Source of the DNA: the human T2T-CHM13v2.0 reference genome, Homo sapiens
Length of the DNA stretch: 64,000 bases
NCBI RefSeq assembly: GCF_009914755.1
Contig: NC_060945.1
Direction: 5' to 3' (one strand)
Part shown: piece by piece, positions 42,140 to 55,185 of the stretch
Position numbering within the stretch: position 1 is the stretch's first letter
Layout of the letters: every line of letters starts with the position of its first letter
Position numbers and translations under genes: made by a program
Notes under the pieces: generated by a model
Database searches by the model: none
Seen by the model: the letters and a program-made list of their open reading frames with translations, nothing else
What the model was told of the DNA's origin: nothing

Positions 42140-42855
42140 ACCATTCATTCACTGAAAACATTTTTGTGAGTGTCTCCCACACCTCCGGCACTGTTTCACA
42201 TTCAGGGGTTATCATAGTATACAAATAGACAAGCAACCTCTTTTCATGAAGCTTACATTTCACTAGGGGAGACAAAAATACCAATGAAAAGTTAAACATA
42301 TAAAAAAAGTCAGATGGTGATAAGGACGAAAAGAAGGATCATTGTATGGGAAGTGGGCAAGGAGGTGCTTTTTAGACAGAATATTCAGAAAAGGCATCTC
42401 TGGTCAGATGTTACTTGCACAGGGAGCTCAGTAAACAAAAGGGTGGGCTTTCTGGGGGAGAAAAAACCTTGATGCAGGAGCATGTGGTCAGGTTAAAAGA
42501 ACTGCAAGTAAGTTGAAAAGACTGCAGTGAATGTGGCGAGAAGTCATTGCACGTGAATTCAGAGGACGAGAATCGAGATGGTTCAGGGACTGCTAGGTCA
42601 TGGTAAGGATTTCGCCTTATTTTTAGTTTAATGGCAATACTATGGAGGGTCATAAGAAGACAAAGAACAGCCGGTCGACTTTAACAGCATCCCACTGACT
42701 TCGCTGTGGAGAATAGATACAAAGGGGCAAGGTCAAAAACATAGGATCAGGGAGATTGCAATTGCTCTAGTGAGGAGTGATGGTGACTTGAGTGATGTTG
42801 ATGGTGAGACGTGGTCTGATGATAGGTATATTTTAAAGGCAACTAGAAATTAATA
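42140..42855 (-). mobile_element. L2 3' region (contains copy 2 of the duplication, 42618-42867)
   Basis: CATTCATTCA tail, CATGAAGCTTACATT, GTCATGGTAAGGATTT. Confidence 0.8.
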
Positions 42856-44149
42856 TATCCAATTATAGGAAAATGTTTAATATATTATTGTGGGAAGAAT
42901 TAATTATTTTAATAAATGATTAAAGATTAGAGCCAGAGACACTTATCATTTAAGGGATGATTAAAGAATAATTCGGTTCCTAAATGAGGAATCATCAAAG
43001 AAGTAAAAAGGATGTTGTGTGTTTCTTGGATTCTTGTTTAAAAGTTACAATTTCTTTTTTTAGAAAACTGAAGTTTATAGTGGCAAGAGCAAAGGCTTTA
43101 AAAAGCAGGATGGGGGAAGACTTTATGCTGTATTTCTAAGTTTTAAAACAATAGTGCATTATGATATTGAGAGTATGACTTGGGTGATTTAGAAGTTAGT
43201 GATGATGTAAAGAAAGCAAGATTATTTTTTCTTAATACAACTGAAAACATAGCTTATATTAACAAGAAACAAACTCATCAAAAAATTTACAGAATCTTGA
43301 TATCTGTGATGCTAGAGAGAAAAATATTCTGAGTATTTGTGCACTCTTTTAGATGATATATCTTTGAATAACACATGAATATGTTAATACTATGTAAATG
43401 ATGTTTTACTGGCTTTCTGGTTAAAAAGGGTAATGCAGCTACATTTGATCATGATGGGCTATTTTGCTAGTAGGATTTTTAAGTTTCTGTGAATCATTTT
43501 AAGAGATTACATAAAAGAAAAATATGAAAGCTGTACAAATGATCAAAATCTCACATTATTCTTAGAGAAAAGGAGTACTGGTCTAAATAGAAAACTTTGA
43601 GAAATATGTTTTCTAAATTACTGCCAAATACTATCCTTTACATAATTTTTAAGTCTGTAATGCACAGGCAGTCAGATTCTGGATCACGATGATTGTTTAG
43701 AAACCAGAATTGTTCTGAAAAATCGTATTTGAATGCTATTTTAGGGAGTGATCCTCTCTCTCCCCACACAAACCTGCCTGGTCTTGTTTAAAAGGAATTT
43801 CTGCTTCTTTTAGAATAATGTAACAAGTAACTTGGAGCCTCCTCTGTGCCTCCACAGGCACTCTTCTCCAAAGGAAGGTAGTGACATGGGATAATGAGAC
43901 TGAGAAAAGTGTAATGCACAGAGCTTGGGCTTTCTTCCTGCCCTCTGCACACACTTTTCTCTCTTCCTCATAACAAAATTCCTGGGTGACGATCTGTATA
44001 TTGGTCATTACTATGGGGAAGGTTGAGTAGCAGGAAGTCCATTTGATCACGTTTCCAAGCCATGGCCTCTACTCAAACACCACTACTGTTAATCTCCATC
44101 TATTTGATACCTGAGACTCTCTCTCAATTGGCTCAGATCTCAAGGTGGG

Positions 44150-44645
44150 TATGAGGGTTACTTTTATGTGTCAACTGGGCTTGGCCTCAGTGCCCAGATA
44201 TGTGGTCAAACAATATACTGATGTTCCCATGAGGTTGTTTTCAGATAAGATTGACATTTAAATCCATGGACTTTGAGTAAAGCAGATTATTCTCTATAAA
44301 GTGGATGAACCTCTTGCAATCCATTGAAGGCCTGAATAGAAAAAAGACTGACCCCCTTGAGCAAGAAGGAATTCTGCAGCAGATGGCCTTCAGATTTAAA
44401 AGGAAACAGTGGGTCTTCCCTCTGTCTCTAACTTGCCAGGCCACCCTGCAGATTTTGGGCTTGCCAGCCCCCATGATTGATGAGCCAATTTTACATAGCA
44501 TGTGTGTGTGTGTGTGTGAATACATATGTATATGTATAGTATGAACGTATATAAATATATATACACATATGAATTCACATACACATATGTATATGGAGAG
44601 AGAGAGAGAAATTTATTGATTCTTATTCTCCAGAGAACACTAACA
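44150..44645 (+). mobile_element. MLT2 (B/D-like) ERVL solo LTR with internal (TG)/(TA) repeat
   Basis: TTTTATGTGTCAACT, GACTTTGAGTAAAGCAGATT, GAAGGCCTGAATAGAA, CCACCCTGCAGATTTTGG. Confidence 0.88.
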
Positions 44646-45581
44646 GAGGGTTACTCAGGGATAGAGGGACTTAAATTAATTATTCCTCCAATCAGAGTAG
44701 ACAATATTTTCAAAGTATCAATAGAAGAATCACTTGCTTGTATTATAAACCTAAGCAACAAATTCAAAGTCTTCTACATGGTACCAACATGTCTGAGATC
44801 AAAGATACTCTCATGGGACCACATGCGTTTATTTCAAAAACACATTAAGTAGTCTTTGTGCAAAAGCATGTTATTGTGATAAAGTGATTCAGCTAGATCA
44901 TGAGGCTAAAAAATCACCCATTTTGATAAACTTTTCAATTTGTTCAAACTCATCTTCAATTAAAAAATTAATTATATTTAGGGCTGCTTAACTGGTTAAT
45001 TATTATCAGAAAAGCCTAACTTAATAAAGAAATGCAGTGAGAATCAAGTTGAAGAGATATACATTGCTATTTTAATTCTGAAAATACCACACATTTTAAA
45101 GCAGGTGGTATTTTGAACTCAGGCCCTAGACAAAAATTATTCTTGCAATTTTAAGTAATATTAAAACCTAATAGAAGAACAGATTAATGGAAAATGAGAG
45201 TTTTATGAATTCAAATATATTTCATAATATTTTTAAATGCTCAGGCCATGATGAGTCAACGGCAAGTCATAGTAAGTTGCAAAAGCATGAAAAATGTTAG
45301 GTGCTTCAATGTTTATGAAGCTGTATGGCACTCATAAGTCCAGATTTGATATAATGTTCAGCCATTGCAGCAAGTAGGGTGGACATCTCAGGTTTCCCCA
45401 AATCCTATTTTGATTAACACATGTCATAACTGTCGTAAATGACTCAAGAGTTACATTTTAGATCAACGTAAAAAGACTTTAATGGATCTACCAAATGGTG
45501 ATTAGTGAAAGGAGGACATATGAGAAAAAATCTAAAAAATGTGTCTGGTAGAAAGGGGGAATGAAAGAAAGGGAAATAACC

Positions 45582-45828
45582 CTGATTCCGTTACCCATTG
45601 CTGTTCAAGTAAACACCCCAAAACTTAGCGTCTTTAAACAAACAAACAAAAAACTATTTTGTTTGCTTACTATTCTCAATTTGGGCTAGGTTCTGCTGGA
45701 TGGTTCTTCTGCTGGTCTTGCCAGTGGTTACTTGTGTGGCTTTATTTAGCTGATGGGTCAGTTAGAGGCTTGAATTGGCTGGGCCACTGAGTTTTTTGAG
45801 CTCATGTCTTTCTATAATATAGTTAGGA

Positions 45829-45865
<37 letters not shown>

Positions 45866-46151
45866 GTGTGTGTGTGTGTGTGTGTGTGGGTGTGTGTCTA
45901 ATGAAACACAGGGTGTCTCTATTAAGGTAATAGACTTTCTCACATGGTGGCTCGGGGCTTTCTAGACAACAAAAGCAGAAGCTACCAGACTTTTTTAAAG
46001 CTTAGTCCTGGAATTGGCACAGTGCATATTCTGCTTCCTTCTATTGGTCAGGGAGGCTGCCCATATTCAAGAGGAGGGCACTACACAAGGAAGGGCATGA
46101 TTACCAGGAGGCATGGTTTACTAGAAGTCACTTACATAACAGACTGCCACA
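45582..46151 (-). mobile_element. MLT1 (H/I-like) LTR
   Basis: CACCCCAAAACTTAG, TCACATGGTGGCTC, TTCTATTGGTCA, ends in GCCACA. Confidence 0.7.
45829..45897. repeat. Compound (CT)n(GT)n microsatellite
   Basis: Direct inspection. Confidence 0.9.
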
Positions 46152-46351
46152 AACCCTAAATCATTTATACCGAAAAACCTTAGTAATTGATTTGGGTGTA
46201 GATAAGCCTATGTTTTAAGTAGATTTACATGTTGCTAAATGAAATTTAATATTATAAATGAATAGAGACTTTCCTAGGAGCCTTGATATTATTTGACACT
46301 ATAAAATGCAGGAATGGTGAAAGCACTTTATATTATGTATTTTCCTTAGTT

Positions 46352-46651
46352 CTTTTTATTATTTGTTTGTTTGAGACAGGGTCTCACTCTGTCACTCAGG
46401 CTAGAGTGCAGTGGCAGGATCTTGGTTTATTGCATGCTTGACCTCCTGGGCTCAAGCAGTCCTCCCATCTTAGCCTCCCAAGTAGCAGGGACTGTAGCTG
46501 CACACTACCACACCCAGCTAATTAAAAAAATTTTCAGAGACAGAGCCTCACTATGTTGCCCAGAATGGTCTCAAACCTCTGGCTTCAAGCAATCCTCTTG
46601 CTTGGCCTTCAAAAGTGCTAGGATTTCAGGAATGAGGCATCACATCCAGCC
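46352..46651 (-). mobile_element. AluJ, diverged
   Basis: GAGACAGGGTCTCACTCTG, CTCCTGGGCTCAAGCAGTCCTCCC. Confidence 0.92.
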
Positions 46652-46659
46652 TCCTATTT

Positions 46660-46810
46660 TCTTTAGTTCTTATACCACCTATTGATAGGTGTTCAAATAT
46701 TAGCCCCATTTACAGATGAGGAATTAGTTCAGTAATGCTGAAAACTTGTTCAAGGTCACATAACAGAGCGATATTCAAACCAAACCAGTTTTACTCCAAA
46801 GCAAACCTTT
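46660..46810 (-). mobile_element. MIR
   Basis: CCCCATTTACAGATGAGGAA..CTTGTTCAAGGTCACA. Confidence 0.75.
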
Positions 46811-48164
46811 TAACTCAGCTCTTCTAACTGTAATAGTCTTAAAAATCTGGTTTCCAAAATTTCAGGGGTCTACTGCCATGAAGTCAACTGATTCTCTTTT
46901 TTAAGGCTGATTTGAACGCCTTTCCAATGTAGCTTAATACAAGAAGGATGAGGATCCTGAATTAAACTCCACAGCTGTGTTTACATTTCATAGAAAGTTG
47001 TTTCCTAGGTAAAAACGGCATGCATTAGTAAATATCTCACCACATGCTGCAGTGACCTCTCTAAGACTCTAATAAGAAAAAGGCTTGCTCATATTCATCA
47101 CTTTTAAAAGGAACCTGTTTCTGGACCATTATATGGAAGTATATTCTTCATGTATTACACTCTTCAAATTCTTCTTGAAGCAAAGGGAATGTATCTCAGC
47201 TAACTTTGGACGTCTTCATAACATGAATCATAGTCAGGTGTAATATTTTATGTATCTATAGTAATGGTGATAAGCTCTGTGGAGTCAGAGAATGTGTTAT
47301 ACTCCGTGGATCCTCCAACTTTGAACACCCTATGAGAACCAAGCAAGAGCTCAATGAACATTTGTTGAATTAATGTTTGATGGTGACAAAAATAGCTACA
47401 TATTTTTCTATCTGTGTTAGCAAGCAGTGCCACTCAGTATCATTTCCCTCATTCTAAATGATCGATTCTGCCACCCGAGCAGAAACACAATGAGCTGATG
47501 CAGATGAATTTAAGAAGCCTTTGAGGACCTCTCTGCCATGGAATGTTGCCTGATAGAATCCAATGCTACATGCTGTCAGATATGAATTATTCATTGACAC
47601 TTCACTCCTACATCATTATACCTTTCATTCTGCTGTGTCTGCACAGATAGGATTGATTCACACATCACATCCAGTAACATTTATAATCAGAAAGAATAGA
47701 AACATTTTCACAGAGAAGAAAACATGTAAGAATACACTTAGGATAATCACACTAGTAATTGGTTCTCCAGCTTCCACCTAAGCAAGAGATGTGCTGGAAG
47801 AAAAAAAAAATGTGTTGCTTCTTGTCAAAATAGTCATTGTTTAAGCAGTAATTCCCAAATAGAAACACCTACTTTCACACAAGGCCTAGGAAATATGAAT
47901 CATTTTGTGAAATCTGACACCATATGTTCTAAAATAGGGTACTTTGCTGGCAATGATTGCAAAGCACTGGCTTGGAAAATCTACACATAGGATCTTTCCA
48001 ACCATGGAAATGTATGAATCAAGAACACTGTTCTGAATTAATTATCATTGTGTGTATGTTTGTATGTGTGTGAGAGTGTCTGTGTGTCTGTGTGTTGTTT
48101 GTGTTTTTCATGGGAAATAAACTCTTGATTAAGCATTAGATACACACCCACCCACCTCCCCACA

Positions 48165-48176
48165 AACACACACACA

Positions 48177-48221
<45 letters not shown>

Positions 48222-48224
48222 ACA
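48165..48224. repeat. (CA)n microsatellite (degenerate (TG)n at 48049-48103 nearby)
   Basis: Direct inspection. Confidence 0.92.
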
Positions 48225-48319
48225 TATTCTTATACAAAACAAAGGAGCAGAAATAAAATCAGAACCAATCCTGGATTTAAAGAAAATGTGATAGATCCAT
48301 TCCACTTCTTCCTTTAATT

Positions 48320-48450
48320 TCTGTTCTGTTTATTCAAATAACTGTTCATTGAGGAACTGCTTTGTGCCATATAGATTGTGAGGTACTGGAAGTAGAGTGA
48401 TGAGCAGGATAGATAGAGTGCTTGCTCCATGAAGCTCAGAGTCTTATAAC
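48320..48450 (-). mobile_element. L2 3'-end fragment
   Basis: TTTATTCAAATAACTGTTCATTGAG..CTTTGTGCCA..CATGAAGCTCAGAGTCT. Confidence 0.65.
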
Positions 48451-49252
48451 CACAGCATGTATTTAACCTAGTATATCTCCTTAAAGTTTATTTTCATTGT
48501 GTCCTAGGAAGTTTTACAATCTTTCACATAATAAGTGCAAGGTAAACATACATTTAATGAATAAAATTCATAAAATTTACTGCTATAGAAATAATTTCAG
48601 TTCATAAATTTCAGATATTACAAGTTTGTAAATACTGATCAGAACATGATTATTTATGCTACTGGCCAATGTGTCTGATGAACATAGAGATTCCAATAAA
48701 GATGAAAATGTAAGAATTCAAGGTGATGAAATAGTGCAACAATGACAAAAATATATTAATGATATTAATTTGAAGCTAAATCACAAACAAAGGTCACCAT
48801 AATCATTCAGTTGGGAGGGGATATTTTAAAACACAAGCAGAAAAGCAACATTCCACCTTGTCTATATGGACATTTTAAAAATGCTTATGGTGAAAATCTG
48901 CTCATTTAAGGTGTGTACTGTAGCATTCTATTACTACCATTTATTACAAAAGATAAAAATATTGGATACTGAAGCAGTTTCGGTAGATTTTGCTGAAACA
49001 CATAATAGAGCTAGAGACAAATGTTTGTGCCCAACCTTCATAAATAAGGAGTGAGAAAAGGCAGAAATGTTTGAGCAGCCCACTTGGTACTGTCTGGTTG
49101 GGCTCTTCTTTACTTCTGCAGCTTTGACTCCCACCATTCCCATCTTTCAGTCCCATTGGCTTCCTTCAGTTCCCCAAATGCTCTCTGCTCCCACCCACTA
49201 AAGAACTTTTGCATACGCTATGCCTTCTGGCAGAAATATTCTATCTACCCCC

Positions 49253-51600
49253 TGTATTCGTCCATTCTCACATTGCTATAAAGAACTACCTGAGACTGGG
49301 TAATTTATAAAGAAAAAAGGCTTAATTGACTCATGGTTCAACAGAAAGCATGGCTGGGGAAGCCTCAGGAAACTTTCAATCATGGCGGAAGGCAAAGGGG
49401 AAGCAGGAACATCTTACATGGCCAGAAGAGAAGGAGGAGAGTGAAGGGGGAGGTGCTACACACTTTTAAACAACCAGATCTCATGAGAACTTACTATGAT
49501 AGGAACATCAAGGGTTTGGAAATCAGCCCCCATGATCAAAACACCACCCACCAGACCCCTCCTCCAACACCAAGGATAAAAATTCAACATGAGATTTGGG
49601 CAGGGACACAAATAAAAACATACCATTCTGCCCCCAGCCCCTCCAACATCTCATGTCCTTCTCACACTGCAAAATACAATCATCCCATCCCAACAGTTCC
49701 CCAAAGTCTTAACTCATTTCAACATTACCTCAAAAATCTACAGTCCAAAATCTCATCTGGGACAAGGTAAGTCCCTTTCACCTATGAGCCTGTAAAGTGA
49801 AAAACAAGTTAGTTACTTCCAAGATACAATGGTGGGTACAGGCATTGGGTATACACACACATTCCAAATGTGAGAAATCAGCTGAAACAAAAGGGCTACA
49901 GGCCTCATTCAAGTCCAAAACCCAGCAAGGGAGTGGTTAAATCTTAAAGCTCCAAAATAATCTTCTTTGACTCCATGTCTCACATCCAGGCCACACTGAT
50001 GCATGGGGTGGGCTTTCATGGCCTTGGGCATCTCCACCCCTATGGATCTGCAGGGTGCATCCCCCTCAGCTGCTTTCCTGGACTGGTGTTGAGTGCCTGT
50101 GGCTTTTCCAGGTGTATAATGCAAGCTGTCAGTGGATCTACCATTCCGAGGTCTGGAGGACAGTGGCCCTCTTCTCATAGCTCCACTAGGTATTGCCCTG
50201 GTGGGGACTCTGTGTATGGGCTGCAATCCCACATTTTTCCTCTACATTGCCCTAGTAGAAGTTCTCCATGAGGGCTCCGTCACTGTAGCAGGCTTCTGCC
50301 TAGACATCCAGGCATTTCCATACACCCTCTGAAATCTAGGCAGAGGCTCTCAAGTCTCAACTCTTGCCCTCTGCACAGCCACAGGCTTAACAGCACATGG
50401 AAGCCATCAAATCTTATGGGTTGTACACTCTGGAGCAGTAGCCTGAGGTGTATCTGGGGTCCTTTTAGCCATGGCTGGAGCTGGAGCTGCTGGGATGCAG
50501 GGAACAGCGTTGTGAGGTTTTACAAGACAGTAGGGCCCTGGGCCCAGCCTGCAAAACCATTCTTCTCTCCCAGCCCTCTGGGCCTGTGACAGGAGGAGAT
50601 GCTTCCTTCAAGGCATTTTTTCCCATTGTCTTGGCCATTAACTTTGACTTCTTTTTAGTTATGCAAATTTCTGCAACTCGCCTGGATTCATTCCCAGAAA
50701 ATGGGTTTTTCTTTTCTACCACATGGCTGGGCTACAAATTTTCCACTTTTATACTCTGCTTCCCTTTAAAATATAAGTTCCAGTTCCAGATCACTTATTT
50801 GCTCACAAAGACAAACATAGGTTGCTAGAAGCAGCCAGGTCACTTCTTGAACATTTTACTGCTTAGAAATTTCTTCTGCCAGATATCCTAAATCATCACT
50901 CTCTGGTTCAAAGTTCCATAGATCTCTAGGGTAGGGGCACAATGCCTCCAACTTCTTTGCTAATGCATAAGAAAAGTGACCTTTGCTTTACTTCCTGATA
51001 AGTTCCTCATCTCCATCTAAGACCTTTTCAGCCTAGACTTCACTGATGATATTACTATCAGCATTTTGGTCACAATAATTCAACAAGTCTCTAGGAAGTT
51101 CCAAACTTTCCCTCATATTCCTGTTTTCTTTTAAGCCTTCCACTTTTTTCCAACCTCTGCTCATTACCCAGTTCCAAAGTCACCTCCACATTTTTGGGTA
51201 TCTTTATAAGAATGCCCCACTCCCAGTACCAATTTTCTGTATTAGTCAGTTATCTCATTGCTGTAAAGAACCATCTGAGACTGGGTAACCTATAAAGAAA
51301 AGAGGTTTAACTGACTCACAGTTTTGCATGCTGTAAAGGAAGCATAGCTAGAGAGGCCTCAGGAACCATACAATTGTGGTAGAAGGTAAAGGGGAAGCAG
51401 CTCATCTTACATGGCTGGAGAAGGAGGAAAAGAGATGGAGGGTAGGTGCTACACATTTATAAACAAGCATATCTCATGAGAACTCACTCACTGTCATCAG
51501 AACAGCAAAGGGGAAGTCTACCTCCATGATCCAATCACCTGCCACCAGGCCCTTCCTTCAACATGAGATTTGAGCAGGAACACAAATCCAAACCATATCA
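49253..51600 (-). mobile_element. Complete THE1D/MSTA-type MaLR element: 3' LTR 49253-49625, internal 49626-51237, 5' LTR 51238-51600
   Basis: Two direct LTRs (TGTATT.GTC...CATA.CA), typical internal sequence, 5-bp TSD CCCCC at 49248-49252 and 51601-51605. Confidence 0.93.
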
Positions 51601-52404
51601 CCCCCTACCCATACACACACCACACACACACTCTCTCAACAAGGTGGCTCCCAGGCATCCTTCAGATTTCACAGCACACACCACTCCCCTTGGAAACCAT
51701 TTCTTAACTGCCATGAATATGGAGAATCTCCATGCTTTCACAGCACCATGAACTTCTCCATGGCATTTATGGCAGCCCTGATTTGAACATATACATAACA
51801 TACACATAAATACAATTTTATGTATAAAATTAATTTCAAGTAAAGTGCTTTATATAATTGTATACAAATGTATTAGTCTTTTGCATTACAAAGGGTTTAT
51901 TGCAAACCTATCACATAGTAAACTCTTAAGGTAGGTTTATTGAAGAAAGAAGTGAATGAATTGAAAGAGAGATACATTAGGGAAATCAGATAGTATTATC
52001 CTAAATTTTGAGGACCAAGTATTTTTGCAGTTTTAGTATTTTTTTAGAACAATAATTTGATCATTTTTACTACCCTCGGTTGCAAATACATTAATTTCTC
52101 CCAAAATAGGAACTTGGAAGGAAATTTATTTTTTGAAAACTATTAAACAGAAGTGGCAATATTCTTATATATATATAAAAATATATATATTTATGTATTA
52201 CATATATATTATATATGTAAAATGATGGTTATCGAGATAATAGAAGAGATTATTCTTCTGCACTATAACCCATTACCACTACTAACCATCAGTGAAAATA
52301 TACTAGAGAAACTGATGGATCTGCTTCCTTCACCCCCCACTTTGTTCTTCACTTCTTGGTCATTCTTCTGTTTACTTGGCCTTCACTTCCTACTTGGCTG
52401 TCTA

Positions 52405-52600
52405 AGAGTGATAAAGAGCATGGGCCTTGAATTCTGGCAGAGCTGGATTCAAATCATGGCTCTGGCAGCATACTCTACCCCGAAACTTCTTCACCTCTCA
52501 GCTTTCTAATATATAACATAGCAATAAAAATTATACATCATAGTTCTTGAAAGTGTTTAATGAGTTAACATATATTAATTGCTTAGCACATTTCTGGCAT
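52405..52600 (+). mobile_element. MIR
   Basis: AAGAGCATGGGCCTTG..CTGGATTCAAATCATGGCTCTG..AATGAGTTAA..GCTTAGCACA. Confidence 0.75.
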
Positions 52601-52750
52601 TAGTATTAATATTATTAATATTAATTAATATTCATCCAATATTAATGATTTTATTTATTCAATATTAATATTGAATATTATTTTATTTATTCAATATTAC
52701 AATTGAATATTATTTTATTTATTCAATATTAATTAATATTAATTATTAGT
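52601..52750. repeat. AT-rich 32-bp tandem repeat (about 3 units) with internal palindromes
   Basis: ATTTTATTTATTCAATATTA.. units start at 52648, 52680 and 52712. Confidence 0.85.
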
Positions 52751-54774
52751 ACTGGAGGGTTTTTTGTATCATTATTATTCTCACCCTTGTCTTACTTTCT
52801 CTTTCTCTGGTCTTTAGCACAGGTTTGGCTCTTCTGATTTTCACACTCAGTCTTCCTGTGGGCATAGCGTTTCTACTATGCTCTTTCTGATCACTAATGC
52901 TCCAGGTAGCAATCCACACATGCTAATGTCCTCTGTTTAGGCTTCTTCTGGACCGCACTTAACTCAATATTATTTTTCTTTCTTGATTTGATTCACTTGC
53001 AACTCAACAGTGTTTGTATTTTGTGTACTTTTGTAAGCCTCCTACAAATCTTTCTGAAATTTCATGGGGACTTACCTACCCTACTAGCCTGCAGCACCCA
53101 GCAGCATCCCCTGGCATTAATCTGCTCACTTAGTTCTTCTGCTGGTGGCTAGATCCTCTGCCTGGGGCAGGTCGGAAAAGTGGGAAATGGCAGAAGTTTT
53201 TTGAGAGGCGTGGCCCCAGGAGCACTAGCTCTGGGTTAAAGTCCTAACATAACTGGTCTTGTTTCTTTGTCTCTGGTCTTTTTTCTTTGTTTCTCACATG
53301 CTTTTATATTGCTCTGAGACTGTTCATCAAATCCACTCATCAAAACCTTGTGGAAAACACAGTTGTTTCAAGAGTTTGCTAGAGCCTCTGAATCCCACAA
53401 TCCCATAATGCACATCTCCAAACAACTGATCATTTGTTGAGGACATTTTAGGGTATTAAAACAGTCAGTGCAGGGAGGAATTCTGGGGCTTCAAACCTCT
53501 CGGGATCTTTAAGGCTATATTTTATATCCTATAAATCCATCTGGTCTTGGGCCCTAAACACAGATAATATACTTTTGCCCTGTTGTTTGCTGAAGAAGCC
53601 ATATTTCAGAATAACCCAATGGGCAATAATGATTATTTCCTCTATTTTTTTTAACTTATTAACTCATTTTGTCGTTGCTTTATAAAAGCTAAGTCCAGAG
53701 CTAGCAATTGCTTGGTGATTTTGGTACAGTCTGATTAGATAATTCCGGCTTAAAGTAACCTGTTCCTCAACAGCAGGTTTGTTTTCCCCAACCACGCAAA
53801 TATTCATTCCTTTCTGACTTGATGGCAATAGACACACTTTGGTGAAAGAAAGCTGTGGGAGAAACTGTTCCTTGGAAAGCAATAGCAGGCTGCACTCTTC
53901 ACCAAGCCTGGCAGGCTGCTGCCCACTGTTCTATTACAAGCACATTCATTTCAGTCGGTCAGTGCACTGTCCTTTGTAAAGTAAAGAGTATAATTTCTTA
54001 GATATAAAAAGAAAGCAGAAATCTACCAGCAGGAAATTGAACTGAGGCACTGGGAAATTTAAGAGAAAATTGTATTATTTCTTTCTGTTTTAATACAATG
54101 GATAAACCAATCATGAGAAATAACATTCTCTTGGGGCCAAGTAGGGAAAGGATAGCTATGTAAAAGTACTAAGTCAGATGATCAGTCTCTAGAAATGCTT
54201 ATGATACACAGAGACAGACACACGTCCCCTGGCTTATTTGCAGATGTTAATTTTAGGTTATTTTTATGCAGTATAGCTCCTTTTATTTCCTAACCAATTT
54301 ACTCAACTCTGGGAAAAGTCCCTATGTACAGTGGAACAATTATTAGGATAATTATAGTAAAACATATACTAAATAAATTTTCTGCTAGGCAGATTAAAAA
54401 TAAGATCCACTCTGATTTGCCATTGTTGCCTGTGAATTATAAGTTTATAAACATGAAAGTTGGATATTTTGATAAGTATATATTTAATAGATAATGCACA
54501 CATATACATGTGTAATGTTGCATATATATATATATTTACACAGACACTATCATAAGCCCACAAATCTCACATCATGAGAAATCAGACAAATATTACATTA
54601 AATTCTAACGTGTCCATACCTTTCTTAATGCTAAAAAATGTAATTTCATTGATAGTGTAGAAGTATAAAGCTTAGTTATCTTCTTTCAAAATTCTCTTCT
54701 ATTAAAATGGGGGCTGAGAGGAAAGAAGAAGCCACCTACATTTTGTCTCTAGGAGCCAAGAAAATTATGCTTTA

Positions 54775-55185
54775 GATATTGCCCACAGTTTTAGAGATAA
54801 AGTCCAACTCTCACCTTAGGCATAAAGTCCCTCATGATCCAGCACCTGCTTTTTCTCTAGCTGCTTTGGCACTTGGGACCCTTCACCGTAAGTACACCCT
54901 GATGCAGTCTTCAAAATCTGAAATGCTAGTTCATACCCTTTTCACATGCTTTTCTGAATGGGATGTAATCGTTTTTTGGATAGCTAAGCTGAAATTGTAA
55001 TTCAAAATTAATCTTTTCTGGTTTTCACACCCCTTATATTTTCTGGTATCTCTCTCTCCTACAAGGAGAGTTGTTAGAGTTCAGGAACTTCATCTGCAAT
55101 GATCTTGTGTTTCCTGACACCGTTTTGGCACATAGGGGAGGCTCTACAAGTGTTTATTGAGTAAAAGAATAAATGAGTGATTGAC
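54775..55185 (+). mobile_element. L2 3' region
   Basis: ATAAAGTCCAACTC..CCCTCATGATCCAGC, GGCACATAGG..GTTTATTGAGT tail. Confidence 0.65.

Noticed and set aside
49333-50828. Several 66-145 aa ORFs
   Set aside because: Within the THE1/MST LTR and internal region; fragmented and not an intact gene.
52601-52750. CRISPR-like repeat array
   Set aside because: No unique spacers, and the context is eukaryotic; it is a simple AT-rich tandem repeat.
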